64,000 bases of DNA from a virus. Lineage: Duplodnaviria > Caudoviricetes. The DNA lies in the IMG/VR virus record IMGVR_UViG_3300003965_000013, positions 3,540 to 67,539 of that record; one strand, given 5' to 3'. Made by a program: the position numbers and the translations under genes. The stretch's first letter is position 1; each line of letters opens with the position of its first letter. Shown piece after piece: positions 1 through 8,140 of the stretch. The notes beneath the pieces were generated by a model, which did not search any database, was not told the DNA's origin, and saw only the letters and a list, made by a program, of their open reading frames with translations.

Positions 1-454
1 GGTATTTTGATGTAATAGCCTCCACTTGCTTTGTCGTTGGTCCGTCTGTCCAGGATATATCAACACTATTGCCCCCTGCGAAGCTGTCGGATGTAACTGA
101 AAATTTGATGCAGGGGAAATATTTTTTTAACTCCTGTTTGATTGCGGCGCTGGCTGCGGCGTGGCTGCTTTTGTAGCCTTTATTCTTTTCTTTCTGTTCT
201 GCTTTCCTTGTTTCCCGTCTGTCTGCCGTTTCTTTTAATGCTTCAATTTTAGCGGCCAATTGTTCCGGGGTCTTGTATCTAAAAAAATCCGTGTGGTTTG
301 CTGCTGTTCCCCAAAAAGTTTTTAAAAGCAAGTCGGCGGGGTGGCTAAATACTATTAAATTTTTATACTCTGTTTTTTGGTAGCCTTGTTTTATTAGGCT
401 GTCAAACTGAATTTGTCGGCCTTGCTCTCTGTCGGATTTTGTTAAAAGTCTCAT
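1..454 (-). CDS. LPD29-like (large polyvalent protein-associated domain) protein, truncated by the window edge
   Basis: Not in the ORF track. Manual translation from ATG at 454: MRLLTKSDREQG...AASAAIKQELKKYFPCIKFSVTSDSFAGGNSVDISWTDGPTTKQVEAITSKY, matching the remembered LPD29 pattern. Confidence 0.7.
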   Translation of the reverse strand, partial: MRLLTKSDREQGRQIQFDSLIKQGYQKTEYKNLIVFSHPADLLLKTFWGTAANHTDFFRYKTPEQLAAKIEALKETADRRETRKAEQKEKNKGYKSSHAAASAAIKQELKKYFPCIKFSVTSDSFAGGNSVDISWTDGPTTKQVEAITSKY

Positions 455-484
455 TGTGTTTAATTTAATTGTTAGGGGAAGGGG

Positions 485-706
485 TTATCTGAATAATGCT
501 ACTATCTTATCAGTAGTAGTTGGCTCGTTTGGGTCGTTTGCATCCACGTTAAACCCGTGCGCCTGCATAGCCGTTTCGATAGCCTGGTCGCTGCCTTCGG
601 ATTGCTGTGCAGCCTTAATAGCGTGTAAATAATTAAGCTGTGCGGCCGTAATTCCTGCCATCAGCATAAAAGCACCAATAAATAAACAGGTAACTATCTT
701 TTTCAT
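485..706 (-). CDS. Small hypothetical protein with N-terminal hydrophobic/signal segment
   Basis: 73-aa ORF, MKKIVTCLFIGAFMLMAGITAAQ; A-rich upstream region. Confidence 0.7.
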   Translation of the reverse strand: MKKIVTCLFIGAFMLMAGITAAQLNYLHAIKAAQQSEGSDQAIETAMQAHGFNVDANDPNEPTTTDKIVALFR

Positions 707-780
707 CTTCTTATCCCTGACTTATTAACCGTTTCGGCTCGGCTTTAGTAATGTTAAAACGTAATTGCACAACAATATTA

Positions 781-796
781 GTGTAATATATCACAC
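781..796. promoter_or_regulatory. Copy (1 mismatch) of 16-bp palindrome GTGTAATATATTACAC
   Basis: GTGTAATATATCACAC upstream of the 485..706 gene; further copies at 1982, 2132, 2167. Confidence 0.6.
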
Positions 797-848
797 TTTA
801 CAACAAATAACAGGATGAACGGCAAAATAAAATGATGAACGGTAAATA

Positions 849-1226
849 TTACTTCTTCATCCTTTTTTTTGCCAATTTAACCAGGTAAGCGGCTGCATCT
901 TCAAGCTCCTTCAACCGATTAACTCCCGCTATTGTGATCTGATAAACGTACTGCGGACGGCTCTTGCCGGTCTCAATACGATCAAGGTAACCCAACTCAA
1001 TTAGTTTCTCAGTCCTTGCCTTCAATTGCTTGTGAGTAGCTGAGTATAACACATTAGTAAACCGTGCAGGCACATAGTACAGGGGTCGGGGTTGGTCTTT
1101 GGTAACCAGGTAAAAGCAATACAGCAAGTCAATATACTGCCTACTGAATCTGTCATGCCTCAATCTGTTGGCACGTTTCAAAGCAGCAGTTAAGATCATC
1201 ATATTAAGAATATTTATATCTTTCAT
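849..1226 (-). CDS. MarR-like winged-helix DNA-binding protein
   Basis: C-terminal wHTH pattern QLKARTEKLIELGYLDR...YQITIAGVNRLKEL. Confidence 0.65.
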   Translation of the reverse strand: MKDINILNMMILTAALKRANRLRHDRFSRQYIDLLYCFYLVTKDQPRPLYYVPARFTNVLYSATHKQLKARTEKLIELGYLDRIETGKSRPQYVYQITIAGVNRLKELEDAAAYLVKLAKKRMKK

Positions 1227-1971
1227 GTATGCCGTGCCTTTGTTTGTGTTGTGTTTTGCTAAGGTACATTATGTGTTTACTTCATTCATCCATCCACACA
1301 ACTATTTTTTTGAAATGGTTGCATCGGTAACGGTTTCGATTACAACTATCAGTCATTTTTCCCTTTGTTTTACCCCGTGAAACGTTTAATATATCATACT
1401 TTTCAATTTGCTTTTCATAACTGATTGATAATTAGCTTTTTGCAAATTAGCTTTGCGTCGTATAACTTCAATTATGTTAAATAGAATGCGATTTTGAAAC
1501 AGTTTGGAAGCGACCCCACCCGGTTTGAAATTTCCTGTTTCCCTGCGCTGTTATGCCCCTAGTTCATAACTATACACCCCAACTGTCCACTCACATTGGT
1601 GATTTTTGGGGAAATGAGATGGTACAAAATGTGTTGATTAGGGGAGTGATTTTTTGATCTGCTGCTGCGACATTGAAAATTGACTATGCCTCTGTGAGTT
1701 ATTTTAAGGCTCATGGCTGGGTTTTGTTAAGAAATGAGGGGTTGATAAGGGATTGGGGTGAGATAGCGGGAATTTGGGGTATTTCTGTTAATTGTAGAGG
1801 GATTATGGTAATACGGGTGTAGTCTGGTTGGGGTATGTGTTTTTTATTTATTAATCTGCCTTTCCTCTCCTCTGCTGCTGTTTGAGGATGGGGATAGGGG
1901 TATGCTATGTTGGTAGGGATGCTAAGGGTTCAAAATGTATAATCCGGGCAGTTTGAGTAAAATAGGGCAGG

Positions 1972-2216
1972 TTTCTGGCGAGTGTAATATATTACACACC
2001 CACCGACTGTATAGATTAGATAAAGAAGTTGTAAATCCTTACTGGTATTGGGTTTGCGGGGAGAAAATGTAACCTATTATTACAAAAGTCGAAACAATAG
2101 GTTACAAAACTCGAAATGAGGGGTTACGTTTGTGTAATATATTACACTTTTGGGGGTTTCTGGCAGGTATAATATATTACACATTGTTGTAGTTATGGGT
2201 TACGTTTTGTAAGTTT
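1972..2216. repeat. Cluster of palindromes and direct repeats (operator/iteron-like)
   Basis: GTGTAATATATTACAC at 1982-1997 and 2132-2147, 1-mismatch copy at 2167-2182; TTACAAAA(G/C)TCGAAA twice 22 bp apart; GGGTTACGTTT twice. Confidence 0.8.
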
Positions 2217-2256
2217 GTTTTTTGGTACAAAATGTAGCTTGATAAATACAAAACTC

Positions 2257-2517
2257 ATGAAAGTAAAAGATTTGAAAAAAATGTTAGAGGATGCCGATGA
2301 TGAGGCATTGGTACTCATCCCTTCCAAAAATGAGTTTGACGGAGTGTTTTACAGCCCATGTACAGAGGATTCGGGTATTGCAGAAATGGGATTGTACCCT
2401 GACCAAGAAGATGAGGCAGAGGCTAACCTACTTGATAAGAAAACAACGGAAGTTTCATTTGTTCTTGTGCCATGTGGTTTTTTTGAAGAAAAGGATCACA
2501 TGTATGAGATGAATTAA
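2257..2517 (+). CDS. Hypothetical phage protein (acidic)
   Basis: ORF 2215..2517; ATG at 2257 (MKVKDLKKML) after an A-rich leader is the likelier start. Confidence 0.7.
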   Translation: MKVKDLKKMLEDADDEALVLIPSKNEFDGVFYSPCTEDSGIAEMGLYPDQEDEAEANLLDKKTTEVSFVLVPCGFFEEKDHMYEMN

Positions 2518-2540
2518 TATAAACTACAAACACAAAACAC

Positions 2541-2828
2541 ATGACAAACGGAGATGATTTAGTAACACCTTACGCATGGAAGCAAGGTGCAGATGGTAAG
2601 ACACCTGTAATCAATGACAATACCAATGCTCTTACCAAGCGTGAATACTTTGCTGCTATAACCCCAATAACCATTGATGATATTCCTTTGCCTATTGCAA
2701 AATTAATCATGGGTAACAAACCGCCAGATGAAACTATGGAGAACGTGTTGTGGTGGGCTGATGCAGAGGCAAGGTACAAGGTTATTAAGGCAGACGCATT
2801 AATCAAAGCATTAAACGAACAACCATGA
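2541..2828 (+). CDS. Hypothetical phage protein
   Basis: 95 aa; LTKREYFAA...ADALIKALN pattern common in phage accessory proteins. Confidence 0.75.
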   Translation: MTNGDDLVTPYAWKQGADGKTPVINDNTNALTKREYFAAITPITIDDIPLPIAKLIMGNKPPDETMENVLWWADAEARYKVIKADALIKALNEQP

Positions 2829-3061
2829 CGCATAAAGAAAAAGTAAGTAAGATCATTGAACACGTTGAGGGCAAGTTGCCCGTGTTCTTCAATCAGGGCA
2901 ATTATCCAATGGTTAAGATTGGGAAGGCGGCAATGGAAGTGATAGGCATTGAGAAGCATGGCACCATGTACAGGGCGCTGATGGAAGGGCGGATGAGTAT
3001 TCCGCTGGTAGCAAGTGAGGCGGTATGCGATGCAATTAATTCACAGTTAAAACTTTGGTAA
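2825..3061 (+). CDS. Hypothetical protein
   Basis: 78 aa, overlaps both neighbours (translational coupling). Confidence 0.7.
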   Translation: MTHKEKVSKIIEHVEGKLPVFFNQGNYPMVKIGKAAMEVIGIEKHGTMYRALMEGRMSIPLVASEAVCDAINSQLKLW

Positions 3062-3348
3062 CAATGATACACATTACAAAAGCAAAAGGCGGTTTTATGG
3101 TGGTAATGCTTGCCTCAAACAAAAAAGTCCTTTCCACCAGCGAAATATTTACAACAAAAGCCTCTGCGCATAAAAACGTTGCAGCACAAGTGGCGGTTAT
3201 GGGTGATTTTGATACCGTGATCGGCTACCGGGATGATACCACAAAAATTCCTCAGTATTGGCTGGTTGGAACTTTTCAGAAAAGAAAGCGGATAAAAACA
3301 GAAGAACCCTTCCCCGTGTACAAACCACAACGTAAAAAAACAAAATAA
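3055..3348 (+). CDS. DUF1508/YegP-like protein
   Basis: KAKGGFMVVMLASNKKVLSTSEIFTTKASAHKNV resembles the DUF1508 motif. Confidence 0.55.
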   Translation: MVTMIHITKAKGGFMVVMLASNKKVLSTSEIFTTKASAHKNVAAQVAVMGDFDTVIGYRDDTTKIPQYWLVGTFQKRKRIKTEEPFPVYKPQRKKTK

Positions 3349-3353
3349 ACAAT

Positions 3354-3779
3354 ATGCTGAAAGCTCAAATTATCGGCCACCTTGGTCAAGATGCAACTGT
3401 AAATAATGTAAATGGTAAACAGGTAATTAATTTTTCTGTGGCTCACTCCGAAACGTGGAAAGACACTACGGGCGAAAAGAAAAGTAAGACGGTATGGGTG
3501 AGTTGTTCTTATTGGACGGATAAAACCGGGTTGGTGCCTTACCTCACCAAAGGGACGCAGGTGTATGTGGAAGGAATGCCGGAAGCAAGGACGTATGCGA
3601 AGAATGATGGTACTACGGTGGCCCAACTGCAGTTGCGTGTTGGTACGGTGCAGTTACTTTCATCCGGAAATAATAATGCTGCAGGCAATGACGACTCAGA
3701 TAATACCCCCGAAAGGCAATACGAGCCCGTAACGCAGCAGCAGATGGGATCAGGTTATGTACAGAGGGACGGGTATTAG
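3354..3779 (+). CDS. ssb: Single-stranded DNA-binding protein (acidic DDLPF tail is out of frame)
   Basis: IIGHLGQD...VINFSVAHSE...GTQVYVEG OB fold; GEIVDDLPF* is encoded in the +1 frame at 3781-3810. Confidence 0.95.
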   Translation: MLKAQIIGHLGQDATVNNVNGKQVINFSVAHSETWKDTTGEKKSKTVWVSCSYWTDKTGLVPYLTKGTQVYVEGMPEARTYAKNDGTTVAQLQLRVGTVQLLSSGNNNAAGNDDSDNTPERQYEPVTQQQMGSGYVQRDGY

Positions 3780-3815
3780 TGGTGAGATTGTAGATGATTT
3801 GCCGTTTTAATGACT

Positions 3816-3950
3816 GCCTTACGAATCAGTATTGGCGAAGGCAGGGCAATAGCGAACCGTCAGCCGAAATAACAAACTAAAGTAAAATTATTATTCAAAA
3901 TGTTGAGATTAAGAACGTCCAGCCAAACTATTGCCAATGCAATGTTAGCT
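3816..3950 (+). repeat. attC/attI-like site A0 (degenerate left core GCCTTAC; right core GTTAGCT)
   Basis: Arms TATTGGCGAAGGCAGGGC / GTCCAGCCAAACTATTGCCAATG. Confidence 0.55.
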
Positions 3951-3958
3951 GCCGTTTT

Positions 3959-4246
3959 TTGTCAAGACGCAAACCGCAAAATAAAATGGCAAAACCAATT
4001 TGCGTTATCAAAGTAGATAACAAACTCGGAACATTTACCCCTATTTATCAAATCCAAAGTTTACTGGATGATAGACTTAATGATTACCATGTTTTAGTTG
4101 TCCCATTCGAGCAGCCTGCTGACGAATATCACGAACCAATGCAAGTGCAGGTTTTTCACGAAAAAGACTTTACGGAAATTCAATACGCTGAACTTAAAAA
4201 GATTATATCTGATGCAGTAGAGACTGTCGCACCGAATGGCAGCTAA
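3959..4246 (+). CDS. Hypothetical cassette protein (cassette 1)
   Basis: 95 aa (ATG at 3986 likely); stop codon in GGCAGCTAAC. Confidence 0.75.
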   Translation: MSRRKPQNKMAKPICVIKVDNKLGTFTPIYQIQSLLDDRLNDYHVLVVPFEQPADEYHEPMQVQVFHEKDFTEIQYAELKKIISDAVETVAPNGS

Positions 4247-4375
4247 CGTGCCGGGGCTTTGCGGTCGTTGCCGAATTAGAATTACTAAACTTAAAAATAA
4301 AACTACAGATGAAAAAAGAAACAGGCGTTGAGCCTTTAACCGAAAGCGGCAATGCCGCACAAGCCAGTGTTGGGC
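4241..4375 (+). repeat. attC-like site A1
   Basis: AGCTAAC...GGCTTTGCGGTCGTTGCCG / CGGCAATGCCGCACAAGCC...GTTGGGC. Confidence 0.85.
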
Positions 4376-4590
4376 GCAGTGCCCAGCCGTTGACGCCTCA
4401 AACGGCTAACACCACAAACAAACTTTGCAAGCTGACTAGGGATAATATGTCGAATGGTGGATTTTGGATACTTGCACAGGAGAAAACTATTGTCATTTCC
4501 CGGCATCAAGACGGAAGCTCGTTGGAGGCATCAATAGAAATTCCGAAGTCGGTTTTTGATGCTTTCGTTGAGTTTTATACTAAAGGTTGA
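4309..4590 (+). CDS. Hypothetical cassette protein (cassette 2); N-terminus encoded inside site A1
   Basis: 93 aa; ...AAQASVGRSA spans the GTT crossover. Confidence 0.75.
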   Translation: MKKETGVEPLTESGNAAQASVGRSAQPLTPQTANTTNKLCKLTRDNMSNGGFWILAQEKTIVISRHQDGSSLEASIEIPKSVFDAFVEFYTKG

Positions 4591-4600
4591 TGGGCATTGC

Positions 4601-4730
4601 GCCCAACGTTTGACGTATTGGCGATGTGCCTGAATTGAAAAACAAAAGTTTAATAAAGTAATGCAGTTGAATAGCGATAAACAGTTTGCGGTAGCACCAC
4701 AACAGGCATTTTGCCAATACGGTGTTAAGT
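4601..4730 (+). repeat. attC-like site A2
   Basis: GCCCAAC...CGTATTGGCGATGTGCCTG / CAGGCATTTTGCCAATACG...GTTAAGT. Confidence 0.85.
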
Positions 4731-4817
4731 GCAGTGCCGTAGATGGTTTATTCTATCGCTCAATAGAATTGCTGAAGAAAAGTTTTAAACAGCGGGGCGG
4801 CTGAAGTCACAGCCTCT

Positions 4818-5618
4818 TTGATACCTATGAGTTATGAACTGAAACATGGAGACTGCTTGGAATTGATGAAGGATATTCCTACTGGCAGTATTGATATGAT
4901 ACTTTGTGATTTACCTTATGGCACGACTTCAAATAAGTGGGATGCTGTGATACCGTTTGAACCGCTTTGGGGGCAATACAAGCGGATAATAAAACCGAAT
5001 GGCGTAATTGCATTAACGGCTTCACAACCGTTTTCTTCTGCCCTTGTAATGAGCAATCCGAAGATGTTCAAGCATGAATGGATTTGGATAAAGAACAGAG
5101 GCGGCAACTTCGCTAACACCGTTAGAGAGCCTTTTAAGGAGCATGAGCAGGTTTTGATATTTAGCAATGGTAAATGGACGTATAACCGCCAAATGCAGGA
5201 AAGAACAGGCGCAGGAGCAGACAGGGTGAAGTATGACCTGAACTGGCGAAGCCAATCGGAAAACTACCGTGAATTTGAAGGTAGAGAAGGGCAAAGAGTT
5301 GGAGAATTAAGAGTGCCTTCTTCGTGGCAGAAGTTCAATGTTGATGTAAGTAAACTGCACCCGACTATTAAACCTGTACCACTTTTTGAATACCTTATAA
5401 AGACGTACACAAATGAAGGTGAAACGGTGTTGGATAACTGCATGGGAAGCGGCACAACGGGAGTTGCTTGCCTGAATTTGAAGCGGAATTTTATCGGGAT
5501 AGAGAAGGAAGAAAAGTATTATGAGATAGCACAGAAACGACTTTCCGAATTGCTGACGAAGGAAGCAAAGGGAAGCGTGGGCGGCTGTTTAAAACTTTTC
5601 GATGATGAAGCTGCATAG
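4818..5618 (+). CDS. DNA methyltransferase, N4/N6 beta class (cassette 3)
   Basis: DLPY catalytic motif, HPTIKP, VLDNCMGSGTT SAM-binding motif; ATG at 4827 likely. Confidence 0.92.
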   Translation: MIPMSYELKHGDCLELMKDIPTGSIDMILCDLPYGTTSNKWDAVIPFEPLWGQYKRIIKPNGVIALTASQPFSSALVMSNPKMFKHEWIWIKNRGGNFANTVREPFKEHEQVLIFSNGKWTYNRQMQERTGAGADRVKYDLNWRSQSENYREFEGREGQRVGELRVPSSWQKFNVDVSKLHPTIKPVPLFEYLIKTYTNEGETVLDNCMGSGTTGVACLNLKRNFIGIEKEEKYYEIAQKRLSELLTKEAKGSVGGCLKLFDDEAA

Positions 5619-5638
5619 AGTTCCGAAAGTGGCATTGC

Positions 5639-5764
5639 ACTTAACGGGTTCGGGCTTGGCGAAGTGGCTGAACCCGAAGCTAAATAGAATTACTAAACTT
5701 TAAAATTAAAAACAAATGTCAAATAGAATTACTGAACAGCCATTTTGCCAAACCCGTGTTAGCG
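5639..5764 (+). repeat. attC-like site A3
   Basis: ACTTAAC...CGGGCTTGGCGAAGTGGCTG / CAGCCATTTTGCCAAACCCG...GTTAGCG. Confidence 0.85.
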
Positions 5765-6018
5765 GTAGTTTTATTGTAGAGAAAGGCAATATATCTTTCT
5801 GCGATGGACACGGAACAAGGTATTGGCGTTTTATGGCAAAAGGATTAAAGCGTAAGGTTGAACACTTTATAGAAACTTTTGACAATGATTTAAAGCATAA
5901 TGACAAATACCATTGTTACATTGATTATGGTGGATGTATTGGCTATCGGTCATTTGATACGAACAATTTTAAAGAAGCAGTAAGTTGGATGTTGAAGCGT
6001 CTGAAAAATTACCGCTAA
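5716..6018 (+). CDS. Hypothetical cassette protein (cassette 4)
   Basis: 100 aa; QPFCQTRVSGS leader lies inside A3; stop in CGCTAAC. Confidence 0.75.
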   Translation: MSNRITEQPFCQTRVSGSFIVEKGNISFCDGHGTRYWRFMAKGLKRKVEHFIETFDNDLKHNDKYHCYIDYGGCIGYRSFDTNNFKEAVSWMLKRLKNYR

Positions 6019-6101
6019 CGTTCTGCCAGCTTTATGCTGTGCGCTGAACATATTATTAACTCACGGCACTTGTCCGCATAGCATAAAACTGCTTGTTATG
6101 T
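6013..6101 (+). repeat. attC-like site A4
   Basis: CGCTAAC...AGCTTTATGCTGTGCG / CGCATAGCATAAAACT...GTTATGT. Confidence 0.85.
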
Positions 6102-6118
6102 GCCGTTAATTTTAGTCT

Positions 6119-6349
6119 ATGAAATTATTTAAATATGGTGTAAGTGTTTTTGATAGCCGTCAAAAAAAGTACGGTGGATTTAATCACTTCATAGCAGGGA
6201 AAATATTTAGGTGGCGATTGTGTTATTTAGACATTTACCTGAAAAGAAAATTCAAATTTGAAATAGTCCACAATGATGATAACAGTTATTATGACGGCTA
6301 TCATAATCACGTTTGGGTTGGTTGGGTGTTGGTGTCTTATGGCACATAA
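6119..6349 (+). CDS. Hypothetical cassette protein (cassette 5)
   Basis: 76 aa; stop in ACATAAC. Confidence 0.7.
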   Translation: MKLFKYGVSVFDSRQKKYGGFNHFIAGKIFRWRLCYLDIYLKRKFKFEIVHNDDNSYYDGYHNHVWVGWVLVSYGT

Positions 6350-6398
6350 CGGTTTCGGGCTTTGCGTTCGTTTTAATGCCGCCAAACCGCTGTTATAA
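6344..6398 (+). repeat. Short attC-like site A5 (55 bp)
   Basis: ACATAAC GGTTTCGGGC...GCCGCCAAACC GCT GTTATAA. Confidence 0.75.
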
Positions 6399-6468
6399 GC
6401 TGGCTGCGGTTAATTAAAACAAAATCTCAATACGAAGCAATAAACAAAAGAATTAAAAAAAAGAAGCG

Positions 6469-7209
6469 ATGGCAATAGAAATTAAAAACAAAGACTGCTT
6501 TGAGTTAATGGCAGAAATGCAAGATAAGAGCATAAACTTAATCTTTGCAGACCCGTGGTATTATCCCGAAAACCAAAAAACAAAAAACGCTTTTGAAGAT
6601 GATGTGTTTTGGGATATTACAAAAAAATGGATGAAGGAGTTTATTAGATTGATAAAGGATGATGGGCATATATTCATAAGTTTTTCAAGTCAAAAAATGG
6701 CAAAGTTTGAGTTTTTACTTGCCGAATTTGGTGTGCCATTAAAAAGCAGAATTGTTTGGCATTATAGAAATGCTGGTGGCAGATGTGCTGACAAGGGACA
6801 ATTTGGAAAAACTTATGAGATGATTTATCACATTGGTTTTGGGGATAGATTAAATTTCCCAGAAAAATGGGGTGATGAAAGATTTGATGTTTGGACTATT
6901 GCAATACCGCAAAGCAATTTCACAGATAAAAAGATACACCCATTTCAAAAGCCAATAGCACTACTTGAAAGGGTTGTTGGAATTGGCAGCAATGAAGGTG
7001 ATTTAGTTTTAGACCCATTTTCAGGTAGTGGGACAACTGCATTGGCTTGCAAAAAACTAAATAGAAATTTTATTGGAAGCGAATTGAATAAAGAACATTA
7101 TGAAAATAGCTTGGAACGTCTTAACCTAAACGGTTTTGAAAAAACCGAAGCGGGTGGGCTTTTTTTTAATTCTTTTCAAACGGAATTGTCAAACGAAGCA
7201 GGAACGTAG
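6469..7209 (+). CDS. DNA methyltransferase, N4/N6 beta class, DPWY variant (cassette 6)
   Basis: FADPWY (normally DPPY), HPFQKP, VLDPFSGSGTT. Confidence 0.9.
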   Translation: MAIEIKNKDCFELMAEMQDKSINLIFADPWYYPENQKTKNAFEDDVFWDITKKWMKEFIRLIKDDGHIFISFSSQKMAKFEFLLAEFGVPLKSRIVWHYRNAGGRCADKGQFGKTYEMIYHIGFGDRLNFPEKWGDERFDVWTIAIPQSNFTDKKIHPFQKPIALLERVVGIGSNEGDLVLDPFSGSGTTALACKKLNRNFIGSELNKEHYENSLERLNLNGFEKTEAGGLFFNSFQTELSNEAGT

Positions 7210-7217
7210 CAGCTTGC

Positions 7218-7351
7218 TTATAACGGTAAGGTGTTGCTGTCAGTGTGGGAATTGGCAGCACAAAAGTTAAATTAAAAAGCAAAAGATAACAATATGAACG
7301 AAAGTAAAATTGAAAACGGTCAGCCCACATTGCAGCAACACAATGTTAGGC
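7218..7351 (+). repeat. attC-like site A6
   Basis: TTATAAC...GTGTTGCTGTCAGTGTGGG / CCCACATTGCAGCAACAC...GTTAGGC. Confidence 0.85.
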
Positions 7352-7503
7352 GCAGTTTTGAGGAATGGTCTGCCGACCTTGCTAAATTAATGAAACAATA
7401 TCCACTTGTACATAATAAATGGAAAGTTTCAAGATTTAGGACAATGTACAACGACGGGTTGTCAGTTAAAGAAGCATTTAGATGTTGGTTTTGCGCTCAC
7501 TAA
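7294..7503 (+). CDS. Hypothetical cassette protein (cassette 7)
   Basis: 69 aa; QPTLQQHNVRRS leader lies inside A6. Confidence 0.7.
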   Translation: MNESKIENGQPTLQQHNVRRSFEEWSADLAKLMKQYPLVHNKWKVSRFRTMYNDGLSVKEAFRCWFCAH

Positions 7504-7507
7504 TTGC

Positions 7508-7674
7508 GCCTAACGGTCAAAAATTGCTGTTGTGCGCCCTGAGTTTGGAGGCACGACAAACGTAAAAGGGCAAGCAACAGCAGAGGCAGACGGCGCATAA
7601 TAGCAATTTCATGTTGGCCGCCGTACGGGTTTAGTGGGATGCTCTGCCGAATTTTTTGACCGTTGGACAGCCAT
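7508..7674 (+). repeat. attC-like site A7 with two alternative right ends (7613 and 7661)
   Basis: AATTGCTGTTGTGCGCC / GGCGCATAATAGCAATT; AACGGTCAAAAATT (7512-7525) inverted at 7650-7663. Confidence 0.75.
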
Positions 7675-7763
7675 AAGTAAAACAAAAGGAGTGATAACGG
7701 TTTGGGTTACGGCTTTCACCCCGTATGAAAAGAAATAATTTTTTAACTATTAAATTTTACAAA

Positions 7764-7970
7764 ATGAGTTATGAAGCTCCTGCAAAAGAATCAGTAGTAT
7801 TCTGGCAGACAAATGAAGAAAATGGAGTAGGTGAGCCTGCTTTGTTGATTGAATTTTACAATGATGTTATGCAGATTTCGCAAGACGGTGAACGGATTAA
7901 CATCAACTATGAATCTATAAAAGATTTGGTAAAGATTTTAAGAACTGCAAATGAAAGGAAACCGTCTTGA
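7764..7970 (+). CDS. Hypothetical cassette protein (cassette 8)
   Basis: ORF 7725..7970; ATG at 7764 after an A-rich leader. Confidence 0.7.
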   Translation: MSYEAPAKESVVFWQTNEENGVGEPALLIEFYNDVMQISQDGERININYESIKDLVKILRTANERKPS

Positions 7971-8003
7971 TATTTCTTTGAATTACGGGGTGAAAGTATG
8001 GCG

Positions 8004-8140
8004 GTCCAACGGTCGGGTATTTCTGATGTGCCTGTAATCAAGGCTTGTCAGCCCGGTAGAAAATTATTCTAAAGATGAACAAGGAACAAATGTACATAGC
8101 GGATTCGTCAGCAGGCATAGCAGAAATACCTATGTTATCT
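8004..8140 (+). repeat. attC-like site A8
   Basis: GTCCAAC...GGGTATTTCTGATGTGCCTG / CAGGCATAGCAGAAATACCT...GTTATCT. Confidence 0.85.

Noticed and set aside
815-849. Short direct repeat GATGAACGG(C/T)AAA x2
   Set aside because: Only two short copies in AT-rich DNA; no further support
1168-1380. 70-aa plus-strand ORF
   Set aside because: Overlaps the start and promoter of the wHTH gene on the opposite strand; no supporting features
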